From: Chitinophagaceae bacterium
GTDB taxonomy: Bacteria > Bacteroidota > Bacteroidia > Chitinophagales > Chitinophagaceae
Length of the DNA: 64,000 nucleotides
Direction of reading: 5' to 3'
Assembly: GCA_947455215.1 (NCBI GenBank)
Contig: CANGNA010000001.1
Location: 52,800 to 116,799, forward strand
In this document: one piece after another, positions 60,221 through 64,000 of the stretch
Layout of the letters: the number at the start of each line of letters is the position of its first letter
Numbering within the stretch: the first letter of the stretch is position 1
Program-made: the position numbers and the translations under genes
The notes under the pieces: model-generated
The model's database searches: none
Told to the model about the DNA's origin: nothing
What the model saw: only the letters and a program-made list of their open reading frames with translations

Positions 60221-62464
60221 ATGATCAACATTGTATCATCGGAATATAATCTGACAGGTGAAGAGGAAAATAAACTCATTCTCAGGGAATATCGCGCACT
60301 GTTGCGCGCGCTAAAAGAACGTATAAAAAAGGGGGATAAACAGCGGTTGCGCCAGGCATTCGAAATGGCGGTAGAGGCCCACAGGCACACCCGTCGTAAA
60401 TCGGGAGAGCCTTATATATTTCACCCGCTGGCAGTAGCACGCATAGTGGTAGAAGAAATTGGGCTTGGTGTTACGTCTGCTATTTGTGCGCTGCTGCATG
60501 ACACTGTTGAGGATACCGAAATAACGCTGGAAGATGTAGAACGCGAGTTTGGCAAGACCATTGCCAAGATCATAGACGGGCTCACCAAGATATCGAACGT
60601 TGTTGACATAAAGGGTGATTCCACCCTACAGGCCGAGAACTTCAGGAAGATATTGCTGACCCTTGTGGAGGACCCCAGGGTGATATTGATAAAGCTGGCC
60701 GACAGGTTGCACAACATGCGTACCCTGGAAAGCATGAACAGGGAAAAGCAACTGAAAATAGCTTCTGAAACTACGTATATCTATTCTCCACTCGCTCACA
60801 GGCTCGGTCTTTACGAGATCAAGTCGGAGATGGAGGACCTGGCGATGAAATATACGCAGCCGGAGATATACACCGAGATAGCCCGGAACCTGAAGGAGAC
60901 CCGGAGAGACCGTACCCGCTACATCAACGAGTTCATTAAGCCGATACGCGACCTGCTTGTAGCGCAGGGGCTGGACTTTGAGATATACGGGCGGCCCAAG
61001 GCCATCAACTCCATTTACAACAAGATGCGCACCAAGCACGTGTCGTTCGATGAGGTGTATGATCTGTTTGCGATTCGCATCATACTCAATTCGCCTATTG
61101 AGAAGGAGAAGGACGATTGCTGGAAGGCTTACTCGGTTGTTACCAACATTTACCATCCAAGTACTGAACGCCTGCGCGACTGGATAAGCGTACCCAAGGG
61201 TAATGGCTACGAAGCGCTGCACACTACCGTTATGGGCCCAGGTGGCCGATGGGTGGAGGTGCAGATACGATCGGCACGCATGAACGAGATAGCCGAGAAG
61301 GGCCTTGCTGCGCACTGGAAGTATAAAGAAGGAGCACCTACCCAACAGGAAAGCAAGCTCGATAGCTTCCTGGTTCACCTGAGCGAAATATTGAGCAACC
61401 CCGATACAGATACCATCGACTTCCTACAGGACTTTAAGCTTGACCTGTTTACCGAAGAGATATACATTTATACCCCTAAGGGTGATATGCGTGTGTTGCC
61501 AAAGGGGGCTACCGCGCTCGACTTTGCTTTCGATATCCACTCTGAACTGGGTATGAAGTCTATCGGGGCAAAGGTTAACTACAAGCTGGTGCCACTTAGT
61601 CATAAGATCAACAGCGGCGACCAGGTAGAGGTCATTACCTCGTCCAAGCAAAAACCATCGGAAGATTGGTTGTCGTTCCTGGTAACGGCCAAGGCCAAGT
61701 CTAAGATCAAGAGTTATTTTAAGGAACAACGCCGCAAGGTAGCCGAGGAGGGCAAGATCATTCTCCGCAAAAAGCTGGAGCAGATCGGTGTACCTATGTC
61801 TCACTACAACCTGAATGAATTGTGCGCGCACTTCAAGCGCATTACCCAGTTCGATCTGTTTTATGCTGTGGCCGTTGGCTCTATTGACCTGAGCGAGTTG
61901 AAATCGTTCACGAAAAATGGAGAGAAGCTACAGCAGCCAAAAGAGCAAAAGGGCGATATGGGCCTGATGACCGAGGGTGATCTTAAAAAGGCGTTGCCGG
62001 GTAAGGGTGAAGTAGTGATATTTGGCGATAGCTCTGATAAGATACAATACAAACTGGCCAGTTGCTGCCAGCCTATACCGGGCGATAATGTATTCGGCTT
62101 TATGTCGGGCGATGGGATGACCATACACCGTACTGATTGTCCCAATGCTGCTAAGCTACTGGCCAACTATGGGCATCGCATCATTAAAACCAAGTGGGCC
62201 AAGAATAAGGAGATATCCTTCCTTACAGGTGTACGCATAGTAGGACTGGACGATGTGGGTGTGATACAGAAGATCACCAACGTGATATCAGGAGAACTGA
62301 AGGTGAACATGCGCTCACTGAGCATCGATTCGAATGACGGAATATTTGAAGGGACCATTACCGTTTATGTGCACGACAGGGAAGAGTTTACCAAGCTCTG
62401 CAATGCCCTGGCCGCACTGGATGGTATCAATAAAGTAGAACGATTAGAACTGATCACTGCATAA
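60221..62464 (+). CDS. relA: Bifunctional (p)ppGpp synthetase/hydrolase (long RSH)
   Basis: HD hydrolase motif LLHDTVED, EVQIRS, TGS, C-terminal ACT. Confidence 0.96.
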   Translation: MINIVSSEYNLTGEEENKLILREYRALLRALKERIKKGDKQRLRQAFEMAVEAHRHTRRKSGEPYIFHPLAVARIVVEEIGLGVTSAICALLHDTVEDTEITLEDVEREFGKTIAKIIDGLTKISNVVDIKGDSTLQAENFRKILLTLVEDPRVILIKLADRLHNMRTLESMNREKQLKIASETTYIYSPLAHRLGLYEIKSEMEDLAMKYTQPEIYTEIARNLKETRRDRTRYINEFIKPIRDLLVAQGLDFEIYGRPKAINSIYNKMRTKHVSFDEVYDLFAIRIILNSPIEKEKDDCWKAYSVVTNIYHPSTERLRDWISVPKGNGYEALHTTVMGPGGRWVEVQIRSARMNEIAEKGLAAHWKYKEGAPTQQESKLDSFLVHLSEILSNPDTDTIDFLQDFKLDLFTEEIYIYTPKGDMRVLPKGATALDFAFDIHSELGMKSIGAKVNYKLVPLSHKINSGDQVEVITSSKQKPSEDWLSFLVTAKAKSKIKSYFKEQRRKVAEEGKIILRKKLEQIGVPMSHYNLNELCAHFKRITQFDLFYAVAVGSIDLSELKSFTKNGEKLQQPKEQKGDMGLMTEGDLKKALPGKGEVVIFGDSSDKIQYKLASCCQPIPGDNVFGFMSGDGMTIHRTDCPNAAKLLANYGHRIIKTKWAKNKEISFLTGVRIVGLDDVGVIQKITNVISGELKVNMRSLSIDSNDGIFEGTITVYVHDREEFTKLCNALAALDGINKVERLELITA

Positions 62465-62510
62465 TTAAAAATGCTCCGCTCTGATGGCGGAGACAGTGAC
62501 GAATAACAAC

Positions 62511-64000
62511 ATGACCACACAACAATTATATACAACATACACCTCGCTGTTGCAGAAGGCAGCAGACCTACACAGTGCAGCCGCAGTGCTGGAATGGGAC
62601 CAGGAAACATACATGCCTCCCAAAGGAGCCGAAGCCCGTGGCAGGCAGTTGGCCACCCTGGCATCGCAGGCCCATGATATATTGACAAGCGAGCAGCTGG
62701 AGAACACGCTGAAGGAGTTAAGTACGCGTAGTGATCTTGATGAAACACAACAGGCAAATGTGCGCCTGAGCCTGAAGGACCTGGAGAAGAACAAGAAGCT
62801 GCCATCCGCTTTTGTAGAGGCTATGTCTAAGCAAACGAGCGAGTGTTTTAACGCGTGGATAGCAGCCCGTAAAAAGAATGATTACAGTTTGTTTGCTCCG
62901 TCGCTAAAAAAGATGATCGCGCTGAAGCAGGAGCAGGCCAGGCTTTATGGCTACACAGGACATCCTTACGATGCACTGCTGGACGATTACGAGCCGGGTG
63001 CTACCGTGGCTATGCTGGAAGGCGTATTTGCCAAGATAAAGAACGAATTGCCTGGCTTGCTGGCACGCATTAAAGCTGTGCCTCAGGTAAGCAATGATTG
63101 TTTTCATGCTAACTTCCCCAGGCAGCAGCAATGGGATTTTTCTATTGATGTGTTGAAGGCTATGGGGTACGATATGGAGGCAGGCCGCCAGGATTATGCC
63201 GAGCATCCGTTCACCACGTCTTTTTCCAGCAACGATGTACGGATAACCACGCGTGTAGATGAGCATAATTATGCGTCGCTGCTGTGGAGCACGATACACG
63301 AGGGTGGACATGCCTTGTATGAACAGGGCTTGCCGGAGGCACAATACGGCCTGCCATTGGGTGCAGCTGCATCTTTGGGTATACATGAATCACAGTCGCG
63401 CTTGTGGGAGAATTGTGTAGGGCGGGGCTACAGTATGTGGCAGCACTTTTACCCGGTGTTACAGCGTTATTTTCCTGAACAGCTGAACGAGGTATCGGTC
63501 GATACCTTCTTCAAGGCCATGAACAGGGTAGAGCCATCGCTCATTCGTACAGAAGCAGACGAGGTGACCTACCATTTTCATGTAATGATCCGTTATGAGA
63601 TAGAGAAGGGCTTGATGGAAGGTTCGGTAGATCCGGAAACGCTGCCGCAGGTATGGAACAGCATGTATGAAAAGTACCTGGGCGTAACGCCGCCAGATGA
63701 TGTGAAAGGCATTCTGCAGGATGTACACTGGAGCCATGGTAGCTTTGGGTATTTCCCAACCTACAGCCTGGGTAGCTTTTATGCGGCTCAGTTCTTCATG
63801 CAGGCGCATAAGGCAATACCGGGACTGGATGAGCTGCTGGCAATGGGCGATATGGCACCGCTGCTGCATTGGCTCAGGGAGCATATACATCGCTATGGCA
63901 GGCAATATACATCGGAGGAGTTATGCGAACGAGTAACCGGTGAACGCTTGAACACAGCATACTTTATGCAGTACATAGCCGATAAGCATACTAAAGTATA
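62511..64000 (+). CDS. Carboxypeptidase M32 (Taq-like), 3'-truncated by the window edge; absent from the ORF track
   Basis: LEWDQETYMPPKG, HPFT, TIHEGGHA (HExxH), HESQSRLWEN, GILQDVHWS.G.FGYFPTYSLG. Confidence 0.93.
   Translation, partial: MTTQQLYTTYTSLLQKAADLHSAAAVLEWDQETYMPPKGAEARGRQLATLASQAHDILTSEQLENTLKELSTRSDLDETQQANVRLSLKDLEKNKKLPSAFVEAMSKQTSECFNAWIAARKKNDYSLFAPSLKKMIALKQEQARLYGYTGHPYDALLDDYEPGATVAMLEGVFAKIKNELPGLLARIKAVPQVSNDCFHANFPRQQQWDFSIDVLKAMGYDMEAGRQDYAEHPFTTSFSSNDVRITTRVDEHNYASLLWSTIHEGGHALYEQGLPEAQYGLPLGAAASLGIHESQSRLWENCVGRGYSMWQHFYPVLQRYFPEQLNEVSVDTFFKAMNRVEPSLIRTEADEVTYHFHVMIRYEIEKGLMEGSVDPETLPQVWNSMYEKYLGVTPPDDVKGILQDVHWSHGSFGYFPTYSLGSFYAAQFFMQAHKAIPGLDELLAMGDMAPLLHWLREHIHRYGRQYTSEELCERVTGERLNTAYFMQYIADKHTKV

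Noticed and set aside
1-64000. rRNA, tRNA, prophage or complete IS elements
   Set aside because: No recognisable tRNA/rRNA sequence, phage structural genes or DDE transposase.

Overview
A 64-kb chromosomal stretch from a Bacteroidota genome (probably Chitinophagales; inferred from T9SS cargo proteins, TAnnTTTG promoters, the birA-rsfS-ftsH gene order and a hybrid two-component system). The core genes are sdhAB, birA, rsfS, ftsH, rfbFG plus an rfbC-like epimerase, lepA, accBC, efp, nrdBA, rel and an M32 carboxypeptidase. There is also a response regulator-heme oxygenase-bacteriophytochrome operon, a 7-heme cytochrome c/TPR protein and a DUF3800 gene. I found no rRNA, tRNA or CRISPR. Two non-coding patterns stand out. 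(1) A REP-associated tyrosine transposase (RAYT, 47660-48256) lies in an island with a diverged, internally deleted mini-copy of itself, a five-unit REP array whose spacers are copies of the RAYT's own 5' end or an apparent captured gene fragment, and AT-rich secreted-protein genes between REPs. A second island 35 kb away (8.8-13.9 kb) uses the same REP family, and both islands end in the same ~240-bp element. (2) A four-helix-bundle (Avd/IVS-like) gene inside the accB-accC operon is bracketed by mutually inverted 8-bp tandem arrays. Orphan 7-10-bp tandem arrays occur after stop codons or before start codons of several other housekeeping genes, which looks like scars of a mobile cassette. The mechanistic readings are inference and need cross-genome checks.
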